Origin: an uncultured Desulfobacteraceae bacterium
Lineage (GTDB): Bacteria; Desulfobacterota; DSM-4660; Desulfatiglandales; JALVMZ01
NCBI GenBank assembly: GCA_964440775.1
Contig: CAYTXJ010000001.1
Coordinates: 1 to 60,905, forward strand
DNA length: 60,905 nt
Direction: 5' to 3'
The notes under the pieces were generated by a model that ran no database searches, had not been told where the DNA came from, and was given only the letters and a program-made list of their open reading frames with translations. The number at the start of each line of letters is the position of its first letter. Within the stretch, counting starts at the first letter, position 1. Positions 1-10,475 of the stretch are shown piece by piece. Made by a program: the position numbers and the translations under genes.

Positions 1-34
1 AAATTATCCATTGTCAAGTATCTTATTTAAAAAT

Positions 35-188
35 GAAAGCTTTGCATAACCCCCCCTTTTACACTGGGGGTTACACCCCCTTCCAGGTCGGATGACCCTC
101 CGGGTCGGAGACCAGACCCCCAAAAATTAACTTAAAATAACCCAAAATTTCAGCTTTTTTCAGAGAGCTTTAAAAATTTAAAGCTCTC
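35..188 (-). mobile_element. MITE-like intergenic element, copy A (154 bp, reverse orientation; short-type core plus two GGTCnnCCGACC units)
   Basis: Its reverse complement aligns end to end with the copies at 23454-23573 and 35816-35935. The ends are GAGAGCTTTAAA...CAAAGCTTTC. It is flanked by AAAAAT at 29-34 and 189-194. Its hairpin overlaps the last codons of rluD. Confidence 0.8.
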
Positions 189-1132
189 AAAAATATATTC
201 ATATCTTCAGGAATAGGTATGCTGAATTCCATAAATCTCTTTTTATGTGGATGAAGGAATTTAATGAACTGCGCATGGAGCAATTGCCTTTTGACATATC
301 CTTCCAGTCCTTCCAGATTATTCCTCTTCCACCATCTCTTACCTGGCCCATATAAGGAATCACCCACTACAGGGTATCCAATATGTGAAAGATGCACCCT
401 TATCTGATGAGTTCTACCTGTCTTAGGGTATACCATAAGCAGGGAAAACCCTAAGGCAGATCTTCTAATTAGCTCCCATTCAGTAACAGCAGATCTTCCC
501 CCCTCTTTTAAGACCGCCATCTTTTTCCTGTTTTTTGGGTGCCGGCCTATGGAAAGTTCAATCTTACCTTTTTTATGATCTATCATGCCATGAACCACAC
601 ACATATATCTCTTATCAATCTCTCCCCTTTTAAACTGTTCAGATAGGCTCAAATGGGTCTTATCATCCTTTGCAACTAAGAGTAGCCCCGAAGTGTCTTT
701 ATCTAATCTATGGACAATCCCTGGCCTCATCCTTCCTCCAACCTGAGAAAGCCGATTCATATGTTTTAAAAGGCCATGCACCAATGTGCCTCTGTGATGT
801 CCTGCTGAAGGATGGATCACGATACCCGCTGGTTTATTTATTACTAACAGGTACGGGTCTTCATATAGTATTTCAAATTCCACATCTTCAGGGATAAGTT
901 CTACTGTGGGGGAGGTCTCCACTATGGCGCCTTCAATTCTATCTCCCTCCTTTACTCTATAGCTCTGCTTCTGAGTCCTTCCATTTACAAAGATCTTACC
1001 TTCTCTTATGGCAAACTGTATCCGATTCCTGGTAAGATCTCTAACCCTCCTCTGTATTAGGATATCAAGCCTTAACCCCCTTTCCCTTTCTAAGACAATA
1101 AATGAAAATTCTCTTTTCCTTATATCTTTCAA
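170..1132 (-). CDS. rluD: RluA/RluD-family 23S rRNA pseudouridine synthase
   Basis: 320 aa with an S4-like N-terminus, the catalytic motif HRLDKDTSGLLLVAK and GRTHQIRVH. The last 6 codons and the stop lie inside repeat copy A. Confidence 0.9.
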   Translation of the reverse strand: MKDIRKREFSFIVLERERGLRLDILIQRRVRDLTRNRIQFAIREGKIFVNGRTQKQSYRVKEGDRIEGAIVETSPTVELIPEDVEFEILYEDPYLLVINKPAGIVIHPSAGHHRGTLVHGLLKHMNRLSQVGGRMRPGIVHRLDKDTSGLLLVAKDDKTHLSLSEQFKRGEIDKRYMCVVHGMIDHKKGKIELSIGRHPKNRKKMAVLKEGGRSAVTEWELIRRSALGFSLLMVYPKTGRTHQIRVHLSHIGYPVVGDSLYGPGKRWWKRNNLEGLEGYVKRQLLHAQFIKFLHPHKKRFMEFSIPIPEDMNIFLRALNF

Positions 1133-1136
1133 GCTA

Positions 1137-1616
1137 TCAAGATATAATGCTGTCCAGGTCTCTCTCTACCCGCTCTTCTTCGATATTCCTTGCAAGGGAT
1201 ATCTCCTTAACAAGCAGGTTCTTTGCCATATCCAAGATTCGCTTTTCCCCAAATGAAAGCTCTTTTTCTTTTTTTAGCATCAATAGGCTTCTGTAGACCT
1301 CTGCTACTTCAAATAGGGAACCTGTCTTTATCTTTTCCATATATTCCCTGTATCTCCTATTCCAGGTCTGATTACCATTAAGGGGTTCTTTATTCTTTAA
1401 GATGGATATAATCTTAGGTATATCCTCCTCGCCAATCAGATTTCGCAACCCCACCTGTTTTACATTTTGAGTTGGAATCATAATCTTCATGTCATTGTCA
1501 ATAAGACGCATTATATAAAAGTCCTGTTTACAGCCTGAAACTTCCTTAGTCTCAATCTTTTCAATTACCCCAACACCATGTGCTGGATAAACCGCCAAAT
1601 CTCCTGTCTTAAACAT
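1137..1616 (-). CDS. carD: CarD/CdnL-family RNA-polymerase-binding transcription regulator
   Basis: 159 aa. The N-terminus FKTGDLAVYPAHGVGVIEKIE is typical of the CarD_CdnL_TRCF domain. A GAGGGGGA SD precedes the ATG. Confidence 0.85.
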   Translation of the reverse strand: MFKTGDLAVYPAHGVGVIEKIETKEVSGCKQDFYIMRLIDNDMKIMIPTQNVKQVGLRNLIGEEDIPKIISILKNKEPLNGNQTWNRRYREYMEKIKTGSLFEVAEVYRSLLMLKKEKELSFGEKRILDMAKNLLVKEISLARNIEEERVERDLDSIIS

Positions 1617-1675
1617 TATTCATTCCCCCTCTAATAGAATTTGCCCGCCCCGAGTATTTTAGGGCAGGATTAGAA

Positions 1676-3739
1676 TTAGAACTTAAGGAGTATCCCAATA
1701 GCAGGTAATATTGGCGCAATAACAAGGGATACTACTGACATAAGCTTAATAAGGATATTCATTGCAGGGCCAGATGTGTCTTTAAATGGATCTCCTACTG
1801 TATCCCCAACAACAGCTGCCTTATGATTGTCAGAACCCTTTCCGCCCAGATTCCCTGCCTCGATGTATTTCTTGGCATTATCCCATGCACCTCCTCCATT
1901 TGCCATAAACAGCGCCAAAAATGCACCCATAACCGTTGCACCCAAAAGCATTCCACCTAAGGTCTGCTTACCTAAGAAGAATCCCACAAGCACAGGGGTG
2001 AGCACCGCAACCAGCCCAGGAGCTACCATCTTTTTAAGTGCCGCATTGGTTGCAATGGTTACACACTTTGCAGGTTCAGGCTTCGCCCCTTCCTTTCCTT
2101 CTAATAGACCTGGAATCTCCCTAAACTGTCTTCTTATCTCCTCTACAATACTAAAGGCCGCTTCTCCCACTGAGGTCATGGTAAGGGCCGCACAGACCAT
2201 GGGGACAATTGCACCTATAAATGCACCGATTACCACATACGGGTTCATGATACTCAGGCTTTCAAAGCTAAGTCCCGCTGCCTGGGTATATGCCACAAAG
2301 AGAGCCAACGCAGTCAGAGCAGCAGATCCAATAGCAAATCCCTTACCTATTGCAGCAGTAGTATTTCCAAGGGCATCTAAGCTGTCAGTGATCTTTCTTG
2401 TCTCTGGTCCTAAGCCCGACATCTCTGATATTCCACCTGCATTATCCGCAATGGGGCCATAGGCATCAACCGTCATAGTGGCTCCAACGGTTGCAAGCAT
2501 ACCCACAGCACTGAGCCCTATTCCATAGATACCTGCAGCCTTATATGCAATAAAGGTAGCGACACAGATACCCAGGATGGGAAGATAGGTGGATTGCATA
2601 CCTACTGCAAGTCCTGCAATAATTACAGTGGCAGGACCTGTCTTGGACTGCTCAGCTATCCTTCTTATAGGTGGGCCTGAGGTATAGTATTCTGCTAATA
2701 GCCCAATTGCAATACCGCATAGCAGCCCAGAAAATATTGCCCAGAATGCCCCCATGGGCATGGCAATCCCCTTAATAATTATCAGAGTTAAGATGACAAA
2801 TATAAATGCCGCCACAAAGGTTGTATATCTTAAGGCCGCTGCAGGATTGATCCTTTCAAACAGTTTTATGGAAAATACACCCACAAACGAGCTTAAAAGA
2901 CCTGCCATAACCACCAAAAGGGGTGTTGCCATATATTTTAATTTTATGGCTACAGGGTCAAGGCCTTTAAGAACAGGGTGTGCAGCCAAAAATTCAGGTG
3001 TAATGTTCAGTGTGGCACCTATTGCAATGGTGGCAACAACTGATCCCACATAGGATTCAAATATATCCGCTCCCATTCCCGCAATATCACCCACATTATC
3101 ACCCACATTATCCGCAATCACTCCAGGATTTCTGGGATCATCCTCAGGAATCCCGGCCTCTACCTTACCTACAAGATCAGCTCCAACATCCGCTGCCTTT
3201 GTATATACTCCACCTCCCACACGGGCAAATAGGGCTATGGAGCTTGCTCCCATGGCAAATCCATTTATAAACCTTGCCGTCTCAGGGCTCTTTCCGTAAA
3301 TCCAGAACCAGAATCCCAGACCTAAAAGACCAAGACTTGCCACTGCCATACCCATTACAGAGCCCGAAAAATAGGAGACATTAAGGGCTTTTGCCTGGCC
3401 AAACTTATTGGCAGCTTCAGCGGTTCTGGAATTACCCCTTGTTGCAGCGCTCATTCCAGAAAATCCTGCAAACATGGAACAGAAGGCTCCTGTTACAAAT
3501 GCAATGGCAGTCTTCCATGAGATAAAGGTACCTAAGAGTATGAATACCGCCGCAATAAAGAATAAGAGCACCGAATACTCCCTCTTTAAAAAGGCCATTG
3601 CCCCTTCATGGATCATGCTTTCAAGCTCCTGCATAGTCTCATTACCATTGGGCTGCCTTTTTACATAGGAATATATAAGCCAAGCAATGATCAGACCTAC
3701 AATCCCCAGAAACGGCGCATAGACTGTTAATCCTTGCAT
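1676..3739 (-). CDS. hppA: Membrane-integral pyrophosphate-energised cation pump (K+-dependent subfamily signature)
   Basis: 687-aa polytopic protein with motifs [29 protein letters not shown] and [18 protein letters not shown]. Ala rather than Lys in GNTTAA marks K+-dependent enzymes. Confidence 0.95.
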   Translation of the reverse strand: MQGLTVYAPFLGIVGLIIAWLIYSYVKRQPNGNETMQELESMIHEGAMAFLKREYSVLLFFIAAVFILLGTFISWKTAIAFVTGAFCSMFAGFSGMSAATRGNSRTAEAANKFGQAKALNVSYFSGSVMGMAVASLGLLGLGFWFWIYGKSPETARFINGFAMGASSIALFARVGGGVYTKAADVGADLVGKVEAGIPEDDPRNPGVIADNVGDNVGDIAGMGADIFESYVGSVVATIAIGATLNITPEFLAAHPVLKGLDPVAIKLKYMATPLLVVMAGLLSSFVGVFSIKLFERINPAAALRYTTFVAAFIFVILTLIIIKGIAMPMGAFWAIFSGLLCGIAIGLLAEYYTSGPPIRRIAEQSKTGPATVIIAGLAVGMQSTYLPILGICVATFIAYKAAGIYGIGLSAVGMLATVGATMTVDAYGPIADNAGGISEMSGLGPETRKITDSLDALGNTTAAIGKGFAIGSAALTALALFVAYTQAAGLSFESLSIMNPYVVIGAFIGAIVPMVCAALTMTSVGEAAFSIVEEIRRQFREIPGLLEGKEGAKPEPAKCVTIATNAALKKMVAPGLVAVLTPVLVGFFLGKQTLGGMLLGATVMGAFLALFMANGGGAWDNAKKYIEAGNLGGKGSDNHKAAVVGDTVGDPFKDTSGPAMNILIKLMSVVSLVIAPILPAIGILLKF

Positions 3740-4350
3740 TAATCAATTACCTCCTTCTTCTCTAATAAATTTGAGGGATTTATCCTATTCATCGTATAAT
3801 CAATTCCTCTTTGCACAAACCACAAACATGCCATAGCACCTACTTCCACCACCCTGTTTACTATATCCAGCTGATCAGCATAGAATTCGCTTAGCAAAAA
3901 ATCTTCAATGGGCTCTCCGTAGAGTGGTCTTCCAATACCTATCTTAAGCCTATTAAATTCATCGCTCTTAAGATACTTCATTACAGACTCCACGCCCTTA
4001 TGTCCACCAGCACCTCCCTTTCTCACCGCCTTTATCCTGCCCAGAGGGAGATCCAGATCATCATGCACAAGTAACATGTTTCTATAGTCCACACCTGTCT
4101 CCTCAACCCAGAGGGAAATCGCTTCACCACTTCGGTTCATATAGGTAAGGGGACATACCATAACTACCTTCTTCCCTTCCAATTCCACTAAAAGATAACG
4201 AGAAAGAAATCTCTCTTTCTCAATCCTTTTATCCATCGACCCTGCCAGTGCATCCAATACCATAGATCCGATGTTATGGCGGGTATTATTAAATCTCTTT
4301 CCAGGATTTCCCAATCCGGCAATAAAAAAGACCTCTCTTTTTCTATCCAC
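3739..4350 (-). CDS. pth: Peptidyl-tRNA hydrolase
   Basis: 203 aa with GLGNPG...TRHNIG at the N-terminus. The stop overlaps the hppA start (TAATG). Confidence 0.95.
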   Translation of the reverse strand: MDRKREVFFIAGLGNPGKRFNNTRHNIGSMVLDALAGSMDKRIEKERFLSRYLLVELEGKKVVMVCPLTYMNRSGEAISLWVEETGVDYRNMLLVHDDLDLPLGRIKAVRKGGAGGHKGVESVMKYLKSDEFNRLKIGIGRPLYGEPIEDFLLSEFYADQLDIVNRVVEVGAMACLWFVQRGIDYTMNRINPSNLLEKKEVID

Positions 4351-4373
4351 CCCCTTTCCTCTTTATTTTTTAT

Positions 4374-5009
4374 TTATAAGTTAACTTTTTCTTTTTTCTC
4401 TTCTGCTTGTTCTTCCGCCTCCTTTTCCTCCTCTTCAGCAGCCTCAGGTGATGTTACCACTGCCACAGCCTGCTCTGGATCTTCATCAATCTTAATCTCC
4501 TTAGGAATCTCTAAGTCTTTAATATGTAGTGCATCACCTATCTCCAGTTGAGATACATCTGCTTCAATGTGATCCATCAGATACTTTGGGAGACAGGTTA
4601 TACCAAGTTCACGGACAATCTGCTGTAGCACCCCACCTTTTTTAACTCCAACAGGTGTATTAACTAGACGAATGGGAACATCCACACTTATCTCCCTGTC
4701 CATAGAGAGTTCATAAAAATCCACATGTAATATCTCATCGGTTATGGGATTCTGCTGAAGATCTTTTAAAAGCACCAACCTCTTCTCTTTTCCTTTACCA
4801 TCTCTTTCTATATTTAATTCAATAAATATATTCACTTCCTTTGTGGTCTTTATAATCCTATGAATTTCAGAAAGCTCCACTGCTAACATCATATTTTCCT
4901 TCCCAGGCCCATAACATATGCAGGGTATGAGCTTTTTTACCCTCAGCTTCTTTGCCCAGGACTTCCCTTTCTTCTCTCTGAGCTGTGCCTTGACCGCTAT
5001 CTGCTTCAT
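4374..5009 (-). CDS. rplY: 50S ribosomal protein L25 / general stress protein Ctc (long form, acidic tail)
   Basis: The ORF-track start at 5021 is a TTG. The ATG at 5009 has a GGGGGA SD 5 nt upstream. L25 fold plus a Glu/Lys-rich C-terminus. Confidence 0.9.
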   Translation of the reverse strand: MKQIAVKAQLREKKGKSWAKKLRVKKLIPCICYGPGKENMMLAVELSEIHRIIKTTKEVNIFIELNIERDGKGKEKRLVLLKDLQQNPITDEILHVDFYELSMDREISVDVPIRLVNTPVGVKKGGVLQQIVRELGITCLPKYLMDHIEADVSQLEIGDALHIKDLEIPKEIKIDEDPEQAVAVVTSPEAAEEEEKEAEEQAEEKKEKVNL

Positions 5010-5043
5010 CTGATCCCCCAAGATAATTTTTTCACAAAGTCCT

Positions 5044-5071
5044 CAAAAAAATACCCCTCATCTTGAGGGGT
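5044..5071 (-). terminator. Rho-independent terminator downstream of prs
   Basis: On the minus strand, ACCCCTCA-AGA-TGAGGGGT forms an 8-bp stem followed by ATTTTTTTG. Confidence 0.6.
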
Positions 5072-5078
5072 AAAGATT

Positions 5079-6017
5079 TTAGACAAATAAGGTGCTCACT
5101 GATTCTGAATTATATATTCTCTTAATGGTTTCACCCAGCAATTCCGCAACAGATAAGACCTTTATCTTTGTGCATCTCTTCCCCTTTTCCCCAAGCGGAA
5201 TGGTATTGGTGACTACAAGCTCCTCAATGGGTGATTCATCTATTCTTTCAATCGCAGGCCCTGAAAGCACTGCATGGGTGCAACACGCATATACATTTTT
5301 ACTACCCCTCTCTTTCAAGGCAAAGGCCGCTTGAGTCAAAGTGCCACCAGTGTCAACCATATCATCCAATATAACAGCGGTCTTTCCATCTACATTACCG
5401 ATGATATTCATTGCCCGAGATATATTAGGGGCATCTCTTCTTTTATCAATTATAGCCAAAGAGGCATTTAGTCTCTTTGCAAAGGCCCTTGCCCTTTCAA
5501 CACCACCTGCATCAGGTGCGACTATAACAAGATCATTTTGAAAATTCTTTTTTATATATTTTAACAATATAGGAGCAGCGAAGATGTTATCCACAGGAAT
5601 GTTAAAATAGCCCTGAATCTGTCCTGCATGTAGATCCATGGATACCACCCTTTGGGCACCTGCAACGGTGATAAGATCTGCAACAAGCTTTGCACTTATA
5701 GGAACCCGTGGCTTTACCTTCCTGTCCTGTCTACCATATCCATAATAAGGGATCACCGCAGTAATTCGCTTTGCAGATGCCCTTCTAAAGGCATCTATCA
5801 TGATAAGGAGCTCCATGAGATTATCATTTACAGGAGGGCATGTGGACTGTATCACAAATACATCTTTTCCCCTAATATTTTCATGTATCTCTATCTGTAT
5901 TTCACCATCACTAAAGGTGGTAGCGGTGATATCTCCTGGGGGTATACCAAGATATTCACTCACTTCATAGGTAAGCTCTGGATTTGATGATCCTCCAAAA
6001 AGTTTCATTCCTTCCAT
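5079..6017 (-). CDS. prs: Ribose-phosphate pyrophosphokinase (PRPP synthetase)
   Basis: 312 aa with [11 protein letters not shown] and the PRPP-binding loop [12 protein letters not shown]. Confidence 0.95.
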   Translation of the reverse strand: MEGMKLFGGSSNPELTYEVSEYLGIPPGDITATTFSDGEIQIEIHENIRGKDVFVIQSTCPPVNDNLMELLIMIDAFRRASAKRITAVIPYYGYGRQDRKVKPRVPISAKLVADLITVAGAQRVVSMDLHAGQIQGYFNIPVDNIFAAPILLKYIKKNFQNDLVIVAPDAGGVERARAFAKRLNASLAIIDKRRDAPNISRAMNIIGNVDGKTAVILDDMVDTGGTLTQAAFALKERGSKNVYACCTHAVLSGPAIERIDESPIEELVVTNTIPLGEKGKRCTKIKVLSVAELLGETIKRIYNSESVSTLFV

Positions 6018-6032
6018 CTTGATGCAAATTTC

Positions 6033-6107
6033 TGGCTGGGGTGGGAGGATTCGAACCTCCGAATGCGGGCTCCAAAGGCCCGTGTCTTACCCCTTGACGA
6101 CACCCCA
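6033..6107 (-). tRNA. tRNA-Gln (anticodon UUG), CCA encoded
   Basis: Hand-folded cloverleaf: UGGGGUG/CACCCCA acceptor stem, CGGGC-CUUUGGA-GCCCG anticodon arm, GGAGG-UUCGAAU-CCUCC T arm, discriminator G plus CCA. It parallels E. coli tRNA-Gln. Confidence 0.85.
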
Positions 6108-6121
6108 GCTACCTTAACGTT

Positions 6122-6973
6122 TTAAATCTCCTTAACCAAAAAGACATCCCCCACCTGGTGGGAGATCATCATATCTTTTGCCTCTTTAGCATTATCAAGA
6201 TCTTCATAGATGCCAAATACCGATGGCCCACTTCCACTCATTAATACACCCTCTGGTTTGGTTTCCATAAGCAGATCTTCAATCTCTCTCACAACTGAAT
6301 ATCTTTCACTTACAACCTCTTCAAGATCATTTCTCAGGATTTCAGAAATAGAGAAGTCATCAATATCTTGAAATGTAATGTTATTGCTATTTTCATATCC
6401 TGTCAACTCTAATTTAATATTTTCATATGCCCACTTTGTGGATACCCTGACAGGAGGACATACCAATACATACCAAAAGGATGGAATATGGGGAATTTCT
6501 TCAAGAATATCACCTATTCCCCTTGCAATTGAACCCTTACATCTTAAAAAAAAAGGCACATCTGCCCCTATCTCCTTAGCGATATTGTAAAGAGCTTTAA
6601 AAGACAGCACATCTTTAAAGATAGAATTAAGCAAGACCAATAGTCTTGCTGCATCACTACTTCCTCCGCCAAGCCCAGCAGCAACAGGTATGTTTTTGAC
6701 AATCTTAACACTTACCCCTCCCCTTATACCTGAGCACTTAAAAAACCTATCTGCCGCTATCCAGAGCAGATTATCCTCTCCCTTGGGGATATTATCACTT
6801 TCGCTGATTATCTCTATACCCTCTTCTGAAAGGGTTCTTACGTAAATAAAATCATACAGGGAGACAGGGACCATTATGGAGTTAATCTCATGGTAACCAT
6901 CCTTCCTCCTATTTAACACCCTGAGATGGAGGTTTAGCTTCGCAGGAGCCTTGATGAATGCCTCTATTTCCAT
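6122..6973 (-). CDS. ispE: 4-diphosphocytidyl-2-C-methyl-D-erythritol kinase
   Basis: 283 aa with the GHMP-kinase motif PVAAGLGGGSSDAA. Confidence 0.9.
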   Translation of the reverse strand: MEIEAFIKAPAKLNLHLRVLNRRKDGYHEINSIMVPVSLYDFIYVRTLSEEGIEIISESDNIPKGEDNLLWIAADRFFKCSGIRGGVSVKIVKNIPVAAGLGGGSSDAARLLVLLNSIFKDVLSFKALYNIAKEIGADVPFFLRCKGSIARGIGDILEEIPHIPSFWYVLVCPPVRVSTKWAYENIKLELTGYENSNNITFQDIDDFSISEILRNDLEEVVSERYSVVREIEDLLMETKPEGVLMSGSGPSVFGIYEDLDNAKEAKDMMISHQVGDVFLVKEI

Positions 6974-8382
6974 ACCTTTAAAGTTAGATAGAGGGTATTG
7001 CCTTGCCTATTTATAAGAAAGAGTATGATATCCCCTTTCTTATACCCTTTTATCTTTTTAGTAAAATCAGATAGGTCTTTAATGGAAGATTGATCTATCT
7101 CCAGTATGATATCTCCCTCCCTTATTCCTGCCTCATATGCAGGAGAGTGAGGCATTACATCCACTACCACTACTCCCTCTTTGTCTTCAATACCATATCT
7201 TTTTGCCAGTTCAGGAGTGATATTTTCAACCCTCATACCCAGACGGATTCCTTTTTCTGTCTCTACCTGGACCCACTCTTTTCCCTTTTCTTTCAACTTT
7301 CCAATCTTTACAGTAATACTCAGCACCTTTCCTTTTCTAAGCACATCCACCTTTATCCTCTTTCCAGGTGGGGTGCATCCCACCATATAGGGAAGTTCAT
7401 TCATATGCCTTATCTCTTTGCCATCATATCTGATGATCACATCCCCTCTCTTTATACCTGCCTTGTCGGCTGGCCCATCTGGGGTGACATCTGCAACCAA
7501 AGCACCCTTTTGGTCTTTGAGATGCAGTTTTTCCATAAGCTCCGGGGTGATCCTCTGAATCATCACCCCAAGCCATCCCCTTATCACCTTACCCTTCTTA
7601 AGTTGAGGAAGCAGATTTTTGACCATATTTATAGGAATAGCAAACCCGATGCCAATATTACCACCGCTTCTGGTAAATATGGCCGTATTAATGCCAACCA
7701 CATTTCCATTTATATCCAGAAGTGGCCCCCCTGAATTTCCGGGATTTATGGATGCATCGGTCTGGATAAAATTTTCATACCCCCCTGTCCCTATCTGCCT
7801 ATACTTGGCACTGACAATCCCTGCAGTTACGGTATGCCCCAATCCAAACGGATTTCCAATGGCCACAACCCAATCTCCCACCTGCAATTTATCGGAGTCT
7901 CCTAAGGGAAGCGGTTTTAGGGGCTCTTCAGGATCAATCTTGATAAGTGCCACATCTGTCTTGGGATCTCTACCAACTATCTTGGCCCTGTATCCCTTTT
8001 CATTTACAAGTATTACCTTTATCTCATCGGTCTTTTCTACCACATGATTGTTGGTCAGGATATATCCTCTCTTATCTATGATAAAGCCTGTTCCAAGACT
8101 CTTTTGTCTGTACTCTTTGGGGATCTGATCTCTGAAGAATCTCTCAAAGAAGTCCTTAAATGGATCATTTTTACCAAAGGGTGACCAGAATTCAAATAGG
8201 GGTGATCTGCCCTTAATTACCTTTACAGCGCTGATATTTACGACAGAGTCCTGAACCCTCTTTACAAGATCTGCAAAAGAGGGGGGGATGCCTGCCTTAA
8301 GGGCAAATGCATATGATGTAAAAAGGGTAATAGAGATAATAGATGCAAATATTGTAAAAAATAATTTAGTCCTTTTAATCAT
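6964..8382 (-). CDS. degP: Periplasmic HtrA/DegP-family serine protease with two PDZ domains
   Basis: 472 aa with an N-terminal signal or TM segment, triad contexts TNNHVV, DVALIKI and GNSGGPLL, and two PDZ-like repeats. Confidence 0.9.
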   Translation of the reverse strand: MIKRTKLFFTIFASIISITLFTSYAFALKAGIPPSFADLVKRVQDSVVNISAVKVIKGRSPLFEFWSPFGKNDPFKDFFERFFRDQIPKEYRQKSLGTGFIIDKRGYILTNNHVVEKTDEIKVILVNEKGYRAKIVGRDPKTDVALIKIDPEEPLKPLPLGDSDKLQVGDWVVAIGNPFGLGHTVTAGIVSAKYRQIGTGGYENFIQTDASINPGNSGGPLLDINGNVVGINTAIFTRSGGNIGIGFAIPINMVKNLLPQLKKGKVIRGWLGVMIQRITPELMEKLHLKDQKGALVADVTPDGPADKAGIKRGDVIIRYDGKEIRHMNELPYMVGCTPPGKRIKVDVLRKGKVLSITVKIGKLKEKGKEWVQVETEKGIRLGMRVENITPELAKRYGIEDKEGVVVVDVMPHSPAYEAGIREGDIILEIDQSSIKDLSDFTKKIKGYKKGDIILFLINRQGNTLYLTLKVWK

Positions 8383-8402
8383 TATAAATATCCTCCTAAA
8401 TC

Positions 8403-8798
8403 TTATTTTGTTAGCTTTACAAAACGGAGCCTTAGATCCGTCAATATGCTGTTTAACAATCTCTCTTCTTCAGAATTCAGATTCCCTTTTGTCTTTTCTT
8501 TCAACAGGGCAATTGTATCAATAGTGTGCCTTGCAAGTTCCATGTCTTTTTTCTTCTGCCCTGTCTGAGGATCTGGTATCTCCCCCATATGAAGCAGGGC
8601 TGAAGAGCTAAGACTTATTATAAAAGAGCTAAAGTTTACCTCTGGAAGGGGTGCCCTCTGCCTTTCCTCTTTACTACTCTTAGCCCTATCTTCCCTCTCT
8701 CTCTTTTTCTCCTCTTCTTTTACCTCTTTTTTTAATCTTCCCTCCTCATCAAAAGCCCGACGGTCCTTTATGACAAAGCCCTTTCCTTCTACATCCAT
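8403..8798 (-). CDS. Conserved hypothetical protein, DUF1844-like
   Basis: 131 aa with an acidic/basic low-complexity N-terminal half, then FSSFIISLSSSALLHMGEIPDP...ARHTIDTIALLKEKTKGNL. The family name is from memory. Confidence 0.55.
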   Translation of the reverse strand: MDVEGKGFVIKDRRAFDEEGRLKKEVKEEEKKREREDRAKSSKEERQRAPLPEVNFSSFIISLSSSALLHMGEIPDPQTGQKKKDMELARHTIDTIALLKEKTKGNLNSEEERLLNSILTDLRLRFVKLTK

Positions 8799-8815
8799 CC
8801 TCTTTCCTCCTTCAA

Positions 8816-10396
8816 TTAGAGTTCTATTTTTCTTGCTGAAAATATGTGCGGCATACCTTTTAGTTCATTCAATAACTCTTCTTGAACAGATACGTTGGTG
8901 CTGAGGAGAATCACATTCTGCCTCTTTTCCCTTTCTTGACCCACATGCATCCTCTGAATATTAACATTGTGTTTCCCAAGCACACTTCCTATCTTGCCAA
9001 TAACTCCAGGTATATCTTCATTGTGAATCAATAGCATATGTCCTTCAGGCACTGCCTCTAAGTAAAAGTTGTTTATTCTAAGCAACCGAGACATTGTCTT
9101 ACCGAATATGGTCCCTGATATTATATTTTCTCCCTCACTTGCCTTTACCTTTACAGAGATTAGGGATGCAAAGTCTTCTGACCTCTCGGTCTTGCTTTCC
9201 ATCACCTCTATGCCCCTGTCTTTGGCAATAAGGGGGGCATTTACAAAATTTACCTCTTCACCTACCACCTTGCTTAAAAGCCCTTTGAGAAGTGCAGTAG
9301 TTATGGGAGATAGATCGTATGAGGTGATGGTGCCTTTATAGGTTATCTGGACCCCCTCTATCGGGGTTTCAACAAGCTGGCTATGAAACATGCCTATCTT
9401 TTCTGCAAGCATTGCATAGGGCCGCAGGACATTCAGGAGCTCAGAACTTATGGATGGCATATTTACCGCATTCTTTACTGTGCCATGGAGCAGATAGTCC
9501 ACCATCTGCTCAGCGATCTGACGGGCCACATTTTCCTGTGCCTCACGGGTAGATGCTCCTAAGTGCGGTGTGCAGATAAAGTTAGGTAGCTCCATCAAAG
9601 GGATCTTCCCAGGTGGCTCAGTGCTAAACACGTCCAAGGCGGCACCACCTAAGTGCCCCTCTCTCAATACCCTATATAGGGCATCCTCATCTACAATCCC
9701 ACCCCTTGCACAGTTTATCAACATCGCACCCCTCTTCATCTTCCTCATCTCCTCCTCTCCTATCATCCCCACTGTCTCGTCACTCTTCGGAACATGTATG
9801 CTCACATAATCAGACCTTCTTAATAGCTCATCCAAGGAAACAGGTTCAAAGCCCATCCTTTCCAATACCTCTACATTTATATAGGGATCATAGACCACTA
9901 CACCCATCCTCAAACCCTTGGCCCTATCAGCCACTATTCTGCCAATTCTTCCAGCACCAATAATTCCCAAAGTCTTACCACACAGCTCCCTTCCCTGAAA
10001 CCTCTTCTTCTCCCACTTGCCCTCCTTCATGGTAGCATCTGCCTGAGCTATATTCCTGCTAAGCGCCATCATAAGCGCAATGGCATGCTCAGCAGCAGAC
10101 AGAGAATTACCCCCAGGAACATTCATAACCACCACACCACGCCTGCTGGCAGCCTCCACATCAATATTGTCTAAGCCCACCCCGGCCCTCCCTATAACCT
10201 TAAGCCTGCCAGCCGCATCTATAACCCTTGAACTCACCTTTGTGGCACTCCGCACCACCATGCCCTCATACCCACCTATCACCTCCACTAACTCATCCTC
10301 ACTCAACCCCACCTTTACATCCACCCCAATACCAGGTGCCTCCTCAAATACCTTAACTCCTACCTCAGATAAATTATCACTGATTAAAACCTTCAT
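8816..10396 (-). CDS. serA: D-3-phosphoglycerate dehydrogenase (long form with ACT domain)
   Basis: 526 aa with the NAD fold GIIGAGRIGRIV, the catalytic region of 2-hydroxyacid dehydrogenases and a C-terminal ACT-like domain. Confidence 0.95.
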   Translation of the reverse strand: MKVLISDNLSEVGVKVFEEAPGIGVDVKVGLSEDELVEVIGGYEGMVVRSATKVSSRVIDAAGRLKVIGRAGVGLDNIDVEAASRRGVVVMNVPGGNSLSAAEHAIALMMALSRNIAQADATMKEGKWEKKRFQGRELCGKTLGIIGAGRIGRIVADRAKGLRMGVVVYDPYINVEVLERMGFEPVSLDELLRRSDYVSIHVPKSDETVGMIGEEEMRKMKRGAMLINCARGGIVDEDALYRVLREGHLGGAALDVFSTEPPGKIPLMELPNFICTPHLGASTREAQENVARQIAEQMVDYLLHGTVKNAVNMPSISSELLNVLRPYAMLAEKIGMFHSQLVETPIEGVQITYKGTITSYDLSPITTALLKGLLSKVVGEEVNFVNAPLIAKDRGIEVMESKTERSEDFASLISVKVKASEGENIISGTIFGKTMSRLLRINNFYLEAVPEGHMLLIHNEDIPGVIGKIGSVLGKHNVNIQRMHVGQEREKRQNVILLSTNVSVQEELLNELKGMPHIFSARKIEL

Positions 10397-10475
10397 CTTA
10401 TTTCTCCCTTAAAAAATAGACTATTTTATTATATGGTTAACATAAAGAGATTTCAATAGGGATAAAAAGACAGAT

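Noticed and set aside
1827-2462. Long antisense ORFs inside well-supported genes: 1827-2462 in hppA, 7090-7734 in degP, 26279-26854 in mrdA, 13512-13988 in metG, 11362-11820 across holB/PSP1, and 51619-52089 across the heptose kinase gene and ugd.
   Set aside because: They are low-complexity Ser/Pro/Leu-rich translations typical of shadow frames opposite real genes. They have no SD or start context and no recognisable motifs, and the sense-strand genes are unambiguous.
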